The translations under genes and the position numbers were made by a program. From Paramoeba atlantica (Eukaryota; Protista; Discosea), in assembly GCA_977017575.1 (NCBI GenBank), contig CDRNVI010000178.1, positions 129,755 through 193,754 on the forward strand: 64,000 bases of DNA. Reading direction: 5' to 3'. This document shows, in pieces, positions 50,620-62,149 of this stretch. The number at the start of each line of letters is the position of its first letter. The stretch's first letter is position 1. The notes beneath the pieces were generated by a model. It saw only the letters and a program-made list of their open reading frames with translations. It was not told the DNA's origin and ran no database searches.

Positions 50620-51834
50620 CAATTTGTGGGGCAGGCAGGCAAGGCAAAAAACTTGAAGAGTTTGAGAAAAATGGGCCACTTTCAAAACGCTCGTGAGATT
50701 TTACAAGAATTGAACATTTCTTGGAAAACTTATCAAAGCAAATCCAATCAAAAATTTGGGATTTAAAAATTGAGGGAAGTGAAGGAAACCATGGTGTTTT
50801 TGAGTTTGAAGGAAGTGGGGTTTGTTTTTGAAGCTGTCTTCTTGCACCTGATCACATGATTGCATGTTGAATGCATTCTACTTGGATCATTACTTCCAGG
50901 AGATTCCTTTCGAAGCTCAAAGAAAGGTCTTCACCTCCTTTGATTTTGCTTTTTTGACAAAAGAATTGAGAGTTAAATAATAAATGGGATCAGAAAGGTT
51001 GGTTTTGAATCTATCCAGAATTGAATGATAGACCCAAAATTTTGGAACAACTTTCAGATCAATCAGGTGGGTTTTTAAAGCACTTGAATTTATTGGTTGA
51101 GGAAAACTTTTTAAATGTCATTTCTGGGGATTTATACATTTCATCTCAGAGTGGTCATAATGACACATTTTTTTTATTCCCAGGTAGCTTCAGAAGAGGA
51201 GATTTACAAAATGTCAATTTTTCAATCTTTGCTTCTCTCTTTGAACCCCCTTCTGCCAAAATGTAAGCAGAATGCTCAGGGGTGGAACCTCATAGCTCTT
51301 GGACTTCACAAAATTCAAAACTCTTTAATGAAATGGGTTCAAACTCAACATCTAACAGATGACATGAAGAAAATTCTTTTGTCCCTTTTAATTGTATATG
51401 AGATAAGAGAGTATTGCTTGATGAAGTGGATAATTGGATTAAAAAAGAATTCAAACTTTTTTGCAGAACAAATTGGGATGTATGAGAAATTTCAAACAGC
51501 TTGGAAGGAAACAGGAAAAGATATGAGAGTTCAACTTCCAATGAAATGTACTCAACAAATTTGGATTGGAGGAGGCTGTGGAACCCTCCTCCACAAAGAT
51601 GCTTCAAACTTCGGTTTGTCATTTTACCAATATTTGGGTTTCAATTGGGGGGAAAGTGATTGTGGTGTTGGTCTCCCCAAACTTTGAATCCTTTGGAAAA
51701 ATTCACCAGAATCTGCAATGGCTATTTGTGCTTGTTGTTACTTTTACATGAGTTTGCCACTTGATTTAGGGTTGAAAATGATAGGTGTGACTTTTGTTAA
51801 TCATAAAAAAAAATCAAATCCTCTGAAAAACTAA
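50620..51834 (+). pseudogene. TET-2: putative TET/JBP-like 2OG-Fe(II) dioxygenase pseudogene
   Basis: ...QQIWIGGGCGTLLHKDASNFGLSFYQYLGFNWGESDCGVGLPKL*ILWKNSPESAMAICACCYFYMSLPLDLGLKMIGVTFVN, with HxD at 51592-51600. Several TGA stops and a frameshift in the T-run near 51170. Confidence 0.62.
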
Positions 51835-51911
51835 ATAAAAGGAAAGCAACACACAAACCAAAGCCCTCAAAAAAATTGGTTAAAGTGAAATTGATAAAAA
51901 ACTTGTAAATT

Positions 51912-53800
51912 TTATTTCTCATCACCATCTTTTTTCAAAGAAATTTCAGTTTTGAGATTGTACATTCATGTGAGGAAAAGGTCTTCCTGAGCAGCTCAAA
52001 TCAATTTTGGGTTTGTCACCACTTCACTTCTTTGATTTAAATTTGTTTGGGTTGCTCGAATTTCTTGTGGGATATCCAAAGAGGTTTGATATTGATTTGC
52101 TAAAGAATGGCTGTATCAAAAACAAAATCCAGTTGTGAGAACTTTAGTGTTCAGATTTGCAGAACCTTGTTGGCTACTCCAATAGAAGTGCATACAATCC
52201 AAGTAGTGGACCTGCTCCCCAGCTTCTGCTACCCAAGGTTGCAAATTCCCAAACTGATAATACGTATCTGTTGCATGAGCTTCCAGAATGTGGAAATAAA
52301 TTCACCAGGTGGAACCCATCTCCCCTCCCCAATCTATGAAGCTTTCCTTCCAAGAACCAATTTTTTTTTCAAAATTAATAGTGATTACTTCATGATTTGA
52401 CCCTTTTGAAGGGTCACTTGTCAGCATTTGAAAACATTCTCAAAAAATAACCCACAATGATGTTGTGGATGGTCAATTTGGATTGCAATAAAAGATTCTT
52501 TTGACATTTTCCAATACTTGCTGCATTTGAGTGCCCATGTATTGCCCCAATTTCCAATTTCCATCATCACCAACTTAGAATTGAAAAGAAATTTTGCATT
52601 TAGAAAACACAAAAACCAGCAACTTCAATGATTTGGTTTTCAATGAGTAATTCTTCTCAAATTGTTCTTTTGTGGAGCTTTTCTCATATTTTTCCTCCAG
52701 ACAAGATTTCAACAAAAGGAAAAAGGAAGGTGAAGAAGAAGAAGATGAAAAGGAAGAGGAAGAGGAAGAGGAAGAAAATGAAGATGAGGAGGATAAGAAA
52801 GATGAAGGTGAGTTCAACAATGAGGATGAAGGTGAGTTCAACAATGAGAATGAACATGAAGAGAAATCTTGAAAGTCAGCCCACCACTTTGCCATTAAAT
52901 CAATTCTCAAGATTAAATGAACTGAGTTCTTTGGTATCTTTTACTTACAAAAGTTTGATTTCCATTTGTCCTGCAATGACTCACTGTTCAATCCTTCCAA
53001 CCATTTTTCCTCTTCTTGAAATTGTATATTCTCATTAGAATATTGATAAAAAAGCAAGAAATTAAGTTCATCATGGCATTTCTGTTGAGACCTCCCCCAA
53101 CCCCAATCTGAAAGTGTACTTTTTCTGGCATCCACTTATTTTCCTTCAATTCATTTTGAATTTGAGTTTTGGCAAATTCATCAAGAACAGTTTCAACAAT
53201 ATTCATTGCAGTCTCAAATTTTGTTTCAAAAAAGCTTCACTTTAAAATGACATAATTTATCCACAATTCAAGAAATTTCATTCCATCAAATGTTTCATGG
53301 TCACAAAAAGCTTTCATCATATTTAGCAACCATTTTTATCCATTCAAGGTTTGAGGTGGGTTTGGAGGCAATTGATTCTTTTTGCTTATATTTTGTCCAC
53401 TTTCCAAAAATCTTTGCTCTTCTTCCAAATACCTTCCAAAATATCAATTTTCAGCTTCAAATTCAAAGAGAAAATCCTTCAAAAACAAAATTGACTCTTT
53501 GTTTTCAGTGATTGCAAGTAGTTCACACTGTTTTTCTTCTTCTGACAACATCCCAGGAAGAGAATATATCTTTTTTTTGTTTTCAATTTCAATATTTAAT
53601 AAACAAATTCATTCTTTCAATGGAGATGAGTAACTGCCACTTTGAGATCACAAATTTTTAAGAGTCAATTGAACTTGAATGTTGAGCTTCTGATAAACAA
53701 GATGACAAGCAGTTTTGTGAAAGTTTTGAATTGCCTCAATCTTCCCCTTAACTTGGAAAAAATGAGATGAAAAGGTATTTGCTGGGTTCTTGGGGAAACC
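51912..53800 (-). pseudogene. DDE transposase of the RAG1/Transib/Chapaev type (N-terminus continues at 61631-61810)
   Basis: ETFDGMK (~53285), HFQIGVGGGL, VHLILRI, CKISFQF, YFHILEAH (H-x4-H, ~52275-52298), WVAEAGEQVH. Stops and at least one frameshift. Confidence 0.65.
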
Positions 53801-54327
53801 TGTTAGAATATCAGTATTCTTGGTTTGAAGAATGTTTGACTTAATGGAGAACATCATTTGTGAATTCTATGATCACGAGTTATGCTATCCTGAAGCGCCT
53901 CATCTTCCTCTTTCGAATGGTGCTAGTCCCATCTGAATCTGACAACTACACACCGAGATATTGATCAATCATTGAATTGTGCCTTCAAAAATACCTTTGC
54001 CCTATTTCAGACCCAATTTGATTGCATAGTTTATTCTCCATATTCTGATCTTTCAGCCTGTGAATTTATTTGTGCTGACGTCATCTGTTGTTCCCTTCCT
54101 TAAACTTGTTGTGTCTTTGTGTCTCTTATGTGTGCTTTTATTTGTGTGTGTTTCTCTGTTTTTGCACTTGGTGTCACATTGTTAAATATGTGCTTGAAAC
54201 CTGTTCATAAATAAACACATGAGAGACTTTGTTTTTTTCACGTTTCTGGCTCTCACCATGGAATGAAGTTTGCACCTTTCTTTTCTTTTCTCAGCAATCT
54301 TCTTCCACCAAACCCCACCACTTGACA

Positions 54328-54339
54328 GATTAAGAGTCT
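54328..54339 (+). promoter_or_regulatory. PBS complementary to the tRNA-Lys(CUU) anticodon arm (half-tRNA priming)
   Basis: GATTAAGAGTCT directly after the LTR; its complement AGACTCTTAATC is the Lys-CUU anticodon stem-loop. Confidence 0.7.
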
Positions 54340-55334
54340 AGGCTCTCTGCCTGATCTTGTCATCAGTAGAACTTCAGTGTTTTACACCTTTTTTTGTTTT
54401 ATTTTTTGTTTTATTTTTGTTTTATTTTCTGTTTTTTTGTTTTTTGTTTTTGTTTTTGTTTTCACTCATTCGCACCTGTTCTCTCATTCGTTCAACAACT
54501 TCACTCAATTTCTTTTTATTGCTCTTGCTCTCTTGTTCCTTTTGCCTGTCTTTCTGTTTGTTTTAATTATGTGTTTTCACAATTTTGTGTGGTTTTCGCA
54601 GTTTTTCTTGCTCATCTCCTCCTGTTGCTGTTTCTTGCCTTTCTCTCTCACTCTCTTACATTCGCCACATCCTCAACTATGGAAGATGATTACAGAGTAG
54701 TAGATTGGCCAGAGTTTGAACCAAAGAACAAGACATGGAAGGGTGCACTTGAGATTAATAAACTCAAAGGTGAATCCACCATTGAATTCATGCTCTGGTG
54801 AAAAGAGATGCTCATTCGGCTCAGCACCCAAAATCTCATTCATCATCTATTCCTCAATAAAGTTCCTACAGGTGAACCTGTTCTAGTCAAGTTTGAGGAG
54901 GAGCTGGAGGAGGTTACAGAAAAAATGGAAGAAGCTGAGAAGAAAAGAATTTTGGCAGAAAGAAAGGAGTTGGAGGCAAGACACAAAGAGAAATTGGAGT
55001 ATAAGCAGCAAATTAACCAAAGACGTTTTGATGACCATATGGACAATCAAATGAATCTTACAAACTTACTGAATAAGGTGTGTGTTGGTCGAGCAAAGGG
55101 GTATCTCAGTGATTTGAAGAGAAGAACACCAAAAATTATTTGGGACACATTGATCTTAAATCTGAGTACTGTAATTGTTCACAATGTAAAGGAAGTGAAA
55201 AGTAAGTTAGAGGATTGTTGTATCAGAGAAAATGAGACAATCTCTAGTTTTGAGTTGAGACTGAAGGAGTTATTTCTTCACGTTGAAGCGTTGAAAGGGA
55301 AACTGATACCAATGAACAAGAAATTGGGTTACAT

Positions 55335-56521
55335 AGCTTGTGGATCACTGTATGTGCAGAAGGATCGAAGTCCCCAAGCTTTGCTGTTAAAATTTTTGAT
55401 GAAATTGCTAAGACAAACAAGATGATCCCCAAACAAACTATAAGAAAGGCTCCCCCCAAAGGTAAAAGAGAAGTGAAACAACCAAAGTTCAAGTACCCTG
55501 CCTTGCAAGTGTTTTATGATGGCTCTGGGCATGTAGACCCCCACATCGGGGGAGCTGGGTATGTGATTATTAAGGAAGGTTTGGAGGTTAGAGGTGGATT
55601 TGAAACAATCCCACTAGGCTCAAATAACTTGGGTGAGTTTTTGGGATGCTTAGCTGGTCTACAACAAGTTATTGGCTTTGGGCAACGCGTAGAGATGGTG
55701 GGAGATTGTAAAATTCTGACTGAGGCAGCACCTAAGACAAAACCAATTGATAACTTTGAGCTCAATGAGATCCTATCTGAGATCAGAAATATTGCTGAGA
55801 GTAAATTTACCAAAGTGGAGTACACTTATGTGTATCACGAATTCAACAAGAGGTCAGATGCGATTGCAACGGCAGCAAGTCACTCTGAAGAGAATGGGAT
55901 GGAAGCTGTGTTTGATAGGAACTGGGATCCAAGATTGAAACAACTAGCAACAACCAGTGAGGAATGGATTATTGAGAATTCCAAGCTGTGGAAGTGGGTG
56001 ATGGAACCGTTGGATTTGGATTGGAGCTTCCCTGTGAAGAAAGTTCAGTTTAAGAGGAGGTTTAAGGACAAGGTGATTACAACTAATAATGTTTACTTCC
56101 CAGTACAAGCTGCACTGGATGGGGTGATGATTTCTCCTGTGTTCATTTCAGATGATATTGTCAAGTGGTTTCCAGAAAGAGCTGCACCTGGAGAGATGTT
56201 AGAAAGTTTTGTTGAAAAAGAAAACCGGAAATGGAGAGAGGAGTATGAGCAAGCAAGGAACCGTTGGTTGAAGAGTGCAATGAGACCTTCCATTGTAAGG
56301 AAGATTATTAGGCCTATTAAGGTTGTTGAGAAGAAAAGAATTTTGAAAGAGATTCGAATGAGAAATAGAAAGAAACATTAGAGCTTTTGGCCACTAAGTT
56401 AGCACTGAAGTGGGTTGATCCTACTTGATTATAACAATTTAATTTAAGTGTATTCTTGGGTGTCCAGATTACACTTCATTTCAATAAATGGCATCTCTGA
56501 TGTCTAAAATTAAAAAAAAAA
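55335..56521 (+). mobile_element. 5'-truncated L1-like copy with archaeal-type RNase H, nested in Copia gag
   Basis: Open ORF 55338-56381 and poly(A). 17-bp TSD aagaaattgggttacat (55318-55334 / 56522-56538). Confidence 0.94.
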
Positions 56522-59500
56522 AAGAAATTGGGTTACATTCGAGATTCCATGCCGCAACAATGTTGGGAAACCTTTCGAGGATTGCTTAGAGTGGGAGAGT
56601 GGACAGTGGAGAGTGCTTTCTTAGAGTTAAAAGAAATCAAAGGTAGTCACTCCAGTGCCAACAAGAAAAACAAGCCTTGAAGACCAAGGAGAACACCGCT
56701 GCTTATGTTGCTTTTCGGAAGAAGAATAACCCTGCTGCCAATCCTAATCAACAAGGAAATGTTGCCCCTCCTCGCCAAGGAAGACAAGGAAATGGCCCTC
56801 CTCACCATAGTCCTCTAATTCCTTCTCCTCAAACATGCAACCAATTTCAAAATTACCCTGGATGGGAAGATCCTCCCACCCCTCCAGCTAAAGCCTGTTT
56901 TCGTTGTAGTGCCACCAGTCACATTGTGAAAGGTTGCAACACAAACCCAGCAAACCAAAGTGTTGTGGGATAACAAGCCAAGGTGAATTTCGATGCTTTT
57001 GTTCAAAAGATCAACACTTGGAAGATGAAAATGAATAAAATCAATATTCCTGTTTACTCCTGTTGTGTTTCTGCTCTCATTTCTTCTTCTCAATCTTCGA
57101 TTCAATCTGCTTTTGTTGCAAAACAATCAAATGGAGCAACTGCTCTTGCTGATTCAGCTTGTTCAAATACAATTGCGAATGATCCAAATCTTACAACAAA
57201 AAACGCTCCACCCGCAATGACCATAAGCATCAAGCAAGTGAATGGTGATCTGATTCCTGTTACAATGCAAGGTGACTTGGCAATTCATTCTGATTTGCCG
57301 CCTCTTCAAGACGTCTCTGTAGTCCCCAATTGTGAAATGAATCTTCTCTCTGTGGCTCACATGTGTGAAACTTGGGATGCTTCTGTTGTTTTGGATTCTG
57401 ACCAAATTTGTGTGATGAAAAAGAAGATCAATTTGAGTGATTCCCAGACGATTTTGAGTGGTCCACAGAACAATGGCTTGTATTATTTGGCTTTACCCAG
57501 TCGAACCAACCATCAACAATCTTATATTGCTGAAGAAGTTACTCACCCAAAAAATGAAACCCCTGAGGATGCTTCTTCATCTCAACCTCTCCACAAGAAA
57601 AGAATCTGTAGAACCCTCTGTCCGACCCATGAGAAAGAATGGAAATATTGGCATAATAGACTGTGTCATTTTTCTGGTTTGAAGAGGACTATTAATGCTC
57701 ATGCGGTTGATGGTTTGCCCCTGCAATATCACAGATTGAGAATGGATCAAAATGTTTGTACTGCTTGTGAGTTGGCCAAAGCGAAAAAGAAGAGTCATAC
57801 CCCTGGTACGAGAACAAAATGAAAACTCAGTGAAATGTTGCACATTGACAACCATGAAAAAAATATACTTTCTTATCAGAAGAACAAATACTCTCTCTCA
57901 GTTGTTGAAGACTACTCCAAGATGGATTTATCTGAATTCCTCAAGAAAAAGAGTGATGCTGGCGAAGTGCTGATCAATCTGATTGCAAAGCTTCAAAGAC
58001 AATTGGATGTGAAGGTCAAAATCATTCAATGTGATGGTGCTTGAGAATTTGTCGGTCCTGCAACGAAAATTGGACAATATTGCGCTGAAAAAGGAATTCA
58101 TATCAGATTTTCTAGTAGAGATGATTCTGCTGAAAATAGTGTTGCTGAATGTGCAAATGAGACTCAATGGAACACTGCTCAAGCAATTCGAATCCATGCT
58201 GGATTGCCTGAACAATTTTGGGATTATGCTGAAAAACTTGCAAGTGTTGTAAGCTCCTACATTGTGAAAGAAAAGGTGAAGAGATTTCCCCCTTCCAGAA
58301 GCTGTATGGTTGCAAACCCAATATTGAGTTGATCCGCCCTTTTGATTGTCATGCTTTTGCACACATTCCCCAAAAGAACAGAACCAAACTGATGCCTAAA
58401 GCGTGCCCTGTGATCTATCTTGGCCCCTCAGAAAAAATTAATGGTTATATTTTGTATGACCCTGTAAAGAAAACTATTTTTGAAAGTTCAAGTATAGTAT
58501 TTGATGAATATGTCTTTGGTGTTTTGAACCTGTTGAAGCATATTGATAGAGGGAATATCCCACACTATTTTGACACTTATTTGAATGAAAAATTCATTGA
58601 TTTTTCAAAATTATCAGACTGTGACGACGTTCTGAGTACGAACACAAATCCTGTAGATTGTGTACATGAGAATCCTGATGATTCTGCCAAAATTGTAATT
58701 GATGATGATTACCCTGTTGATGTTGAATGGGAGAACAGAATAGGCCATTCCACTCCTGCTCCTGTAAACTTACATTCAAAACATACTGCTTTGAATGAGA
58801 AAACCCACAGTACAGATGTGTACAGTGATGATGATGATGATGAGATGGTGCTTCTCAGTATGCCTCCTCCCGATTTTACTCAGAGCGATGGTTCTTACAC
58901 ACCTACATCTTCCTCTTGTTCCTCTTGCTCCTCTTATAGTTCCTCTTCTTCTCCAATTGTTGATTCTGCTCAAGCTGCTGCAGCCCCTGATTCTGAAATT
59001 CTCTCTCAAATGACAGAATTAGATATGAAGGATGAAGAAAGTGAAGGAACTGATTATGACTCTGCTGATGAAAATGAATCTGAATTGCCAATTGACCTCG
59101 ATAATTATGAAATGTTCAATTACCCACCAGATGATCATGATCCTGACCCTTATGACCCTGCAGACCAATCTGCATCTCCTTACTCTTCCTCTACATACAA
59201 CTCTGAAACTGATCCTGAAGTTGATTTCAATCTTGTTACTCAATTTCAACCTGATGATGAAATTAACATCTCTGAACCAAATGAATCTGATGATGCAGCT
59301 GAAGAAGTAAGACACTCTGCTCACTTCCAAGACCCTGACTACCAACATAGCGCCATTGGAAAAGCGTTCAGTGCCCTGAAAATACCTTGGAATACATTTG
59401 GTGAACCTGGCCATGGTTACAAAGATCTTAATTTCTTTGACTATGCCTTCCATGCTGACCAAATTGTTAATAACAAAGTTACCCCTCGATCCTACAAGCA

Positions 59501-61630
59501 AGCTGCTCGTTCAAATGAAAAAGAAGAATGGAAACAAGCCTGCAAAAGAGAATATGATGCTCATATTGAAAATAAAACTTGGGAATTGGTGCCTCCTCCC
59601 CTAAAGTTCCCCAAGGATGGAAAGAAACACATTATTATGCAAGGCCTGTGGCGATTTCGAATTAAGACTGAAAATGGTGTAATATCCAAGTTCAAAGCTC
59701 AATTTTGTGCAAATGGTTCTTGTGTAAAACATAATCTTGCGAAAGATCCCAATTTTGACCAAGAAGATAATTATGCTGGAACTGCAACCACTGAATCTCT
59801 CAATTTGACATTTGCTATTACCACTATGTTTGACCTTGATGTGAATTCTGGAGATGTTCCAAGTGCCTATATCCAAGCTGACATTCCTGATGGTGATATC
59901 GTTTATTATGTCACTCAACCCAAAGGTTTTGAAGATCCTGAACATCCTGAATATCTCTGTTGATTGAACAAAGCTCTCTATGGTGTGCCAATTGCTGGAC
60001 AATGTTGGAATCTGACTTTTTGAAAATTTCTTATTGAAGAGCTGCAATTCCATTGTCTGACTGCTGATCCCAATCTCTACATTCGTATTGAACCTGATGG
60101 AAACTTCTGTTTATTCCCAACTGTTGTTGATGATAATTTGGATGTTTGTACTTGTCCAAAGCTCCGTGAAGAGATTTACTCCAAACTGATTGAAAGATTC
60201 AAGTGGAAGCCTAGTGGAAAATGCTCCTGGTTCCTTGGTTGTGGTGTGAAACAAAATCACAAAGAAATTTCTCTCAATCAGTGTGCCTTCCTCAACAATT
60301 TATTGGAGAGTTTTGACTGCCACAAAATAAGAAAGAGTGATACTCCTGCTGTGAGTAAAGTTCTGCCTATGCCTAAGCCTGACAAACCTTCTACTGATTT
60401 TCCCTATGCAAGTCTTGTTGGTTCTCTAATTTGGTTGATGAAAACTCACCCTGATATTTCATATGCTGTTTCCCAATGCTCTCGCTTCTTGAACACCCAC
60501 ACTGAAGATTATGACAAAGCTGCTCTGCGAATTCTCGGTTATCTTGCCAAATATCCTGATTATGAATTGGTGTTTCCCAAATCCAAATCTGAGACTAAAG
60601 AACTTGTGATTTCTGCCCAAGCTAACTCAAGCCATCAAGATGTTACAGAAGACAGATCCTCATCTTACAGTTTTGCTATTTTTGCAAATGGTTCCCCCAT
60701 TTCCTGGTGTTCCAAGAAATCTCCTCAAGTTTGTTGGTTCAGTTGTGAATCTGAATACCATGCCCTTGCTGAAGCATCCCGTGAATTGAAATTTGTTGAT
60801 AACATTCTCTCTGAGTTGTGCATCCCGTACAAAAGACCTTTCTTGCTCCAATCTGATTCTGAACCTGCGATGGCTATTGCAAAGATTCCCTGTGTAAACC
60901 AAAGAACTAAGCAAATTGAAGCTTTTGATCATTACACAAGAAAAGCATTGGAAGATGGCCTGATTGAGTTGGATTATGTGCCCACTAAAGATAACCTTGC
61001 CGATATTTTTACAAAACCCCTTGGACCCAATGTGTTTACACCTTACCGGAATAATCTTATTCATCCCTGTTGCTCTGTGAATTAACTTCATGATGAAAGG
61101 GAGTGTTAGAATATCAGTATTCTTGGTTTGAAGAATGTTTGACTTAATGGAGAACATCATTTGTGAATTCTATGATCACGAGTTATGCTATCCTGAAGCA
61201 CCTCATCTTCCTCTTTCGAATGGTGCTAGTTCCATCTGAATCTGACAACTACACACCGAGATATTGATCAATCATTGAATTGTGCCTTCAAAAATACCTT
61301 TGCCCTATTTCAGACCCAATTTGATTGCATAGTTTATTCTCCATATTCTAATCTTTCAGCCTGTGAATTTATTTGTGCTGACGTCATCTGTTGTTCCCTT
61401 CCTTAAACTTGTTGTGTCTTTGTGTCTCTTATGTGTGCTTTTATTTGTGTGTGTTTCTCTGTTTTTGCACTTGATGTTACATTGTTAAATATGTGCTTGA
61501 AACCTGTTCGTAAATAAACACGTGAGAGACTTTGTTTTTTTCACGTTTCCAGCTCTTGCCATGGAATGAAGTTTGCACCTTTCTTTTCTTTTCTCAGCAA
61601 TCTTCTTCCACCAAACCCCGCCACTTGACA

Positions 61631-61810
61631 AAACCTAATGTTAAAGAAACACAAAACAAGTTTCTTTCAAGGGTTTTGATCATTTGTTCCTGCTCCACTT
61701 TTTCAACTGATCCTTGGTTTTCACTTTTTCATTTTTGTTTTTGACTTTTTTCTTCCTTCTTGAAATGAATATGACTATTCTCATCTTGAGCAAACTCAAA
61801 AATTAAATTG
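61631..61810 (-). pseudogene. N-terminal piece of the transposase-like ORF split by the Copia
   Basis: Joining across the AAACC TSD reads in frame: ...RNLFCVSLTLGF|PKNPANTF... Confidence 0.6.
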
Positions 61811-62149
61811 TTCATCTTCACTTTCTCAACAAATCAAAAACAAAACCAATGCCACAAAAGAAGGAGAAAGGTTCCACTTTTTGCTTGTTTAAAATTAAAT
61901 TGTTCTCTGAAGTTTGTATTTAAAAAAGCACTTTTTTAAAAGTCATACATTTAATTTTTTATGTACTTTAAAGGATCAAATGTCTTTTTGATTTCAAGGT
62001 TTTTTTTCAAACTTTTCTCCTGTATTTAGAAATAAAAACCCCTTTTTCTTTTAAATTAAAACAAAACCAATCAAATATTGATACATTGGTACCATACAAA
62101 AATTCTATAATGAGGGTGAGAGTAAGAGGTGAAAAGCCAAGAGGAAGAA

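Larger units (their letters stand above)
53801..61630 (+). mobile_element. Full-length Ty1/Copia, inactivated, with an L1 insertion in gag
   Basis: 527-bp LTRs 53801-54327 and 61104-61630, TSD AAACC, PPT gatgaaagggag. Motifs: knuckle CFRCSATSHIVKGC, ADSACS, WHNRLCH, QCDGA, LNKALYG, VVDD, ADIFTKPL. Confidence 0.97.

Noticed and set aside
52628-52910. Acidic plus-strand ORF (EEEEDEK...) as a separate gene; similar tracts at 15715-16126, 48630-48690 and 62150-62200
   Set aside because: These are GAA/TTC-rich low-complexity tracts within opposite-strand or decayed genes.
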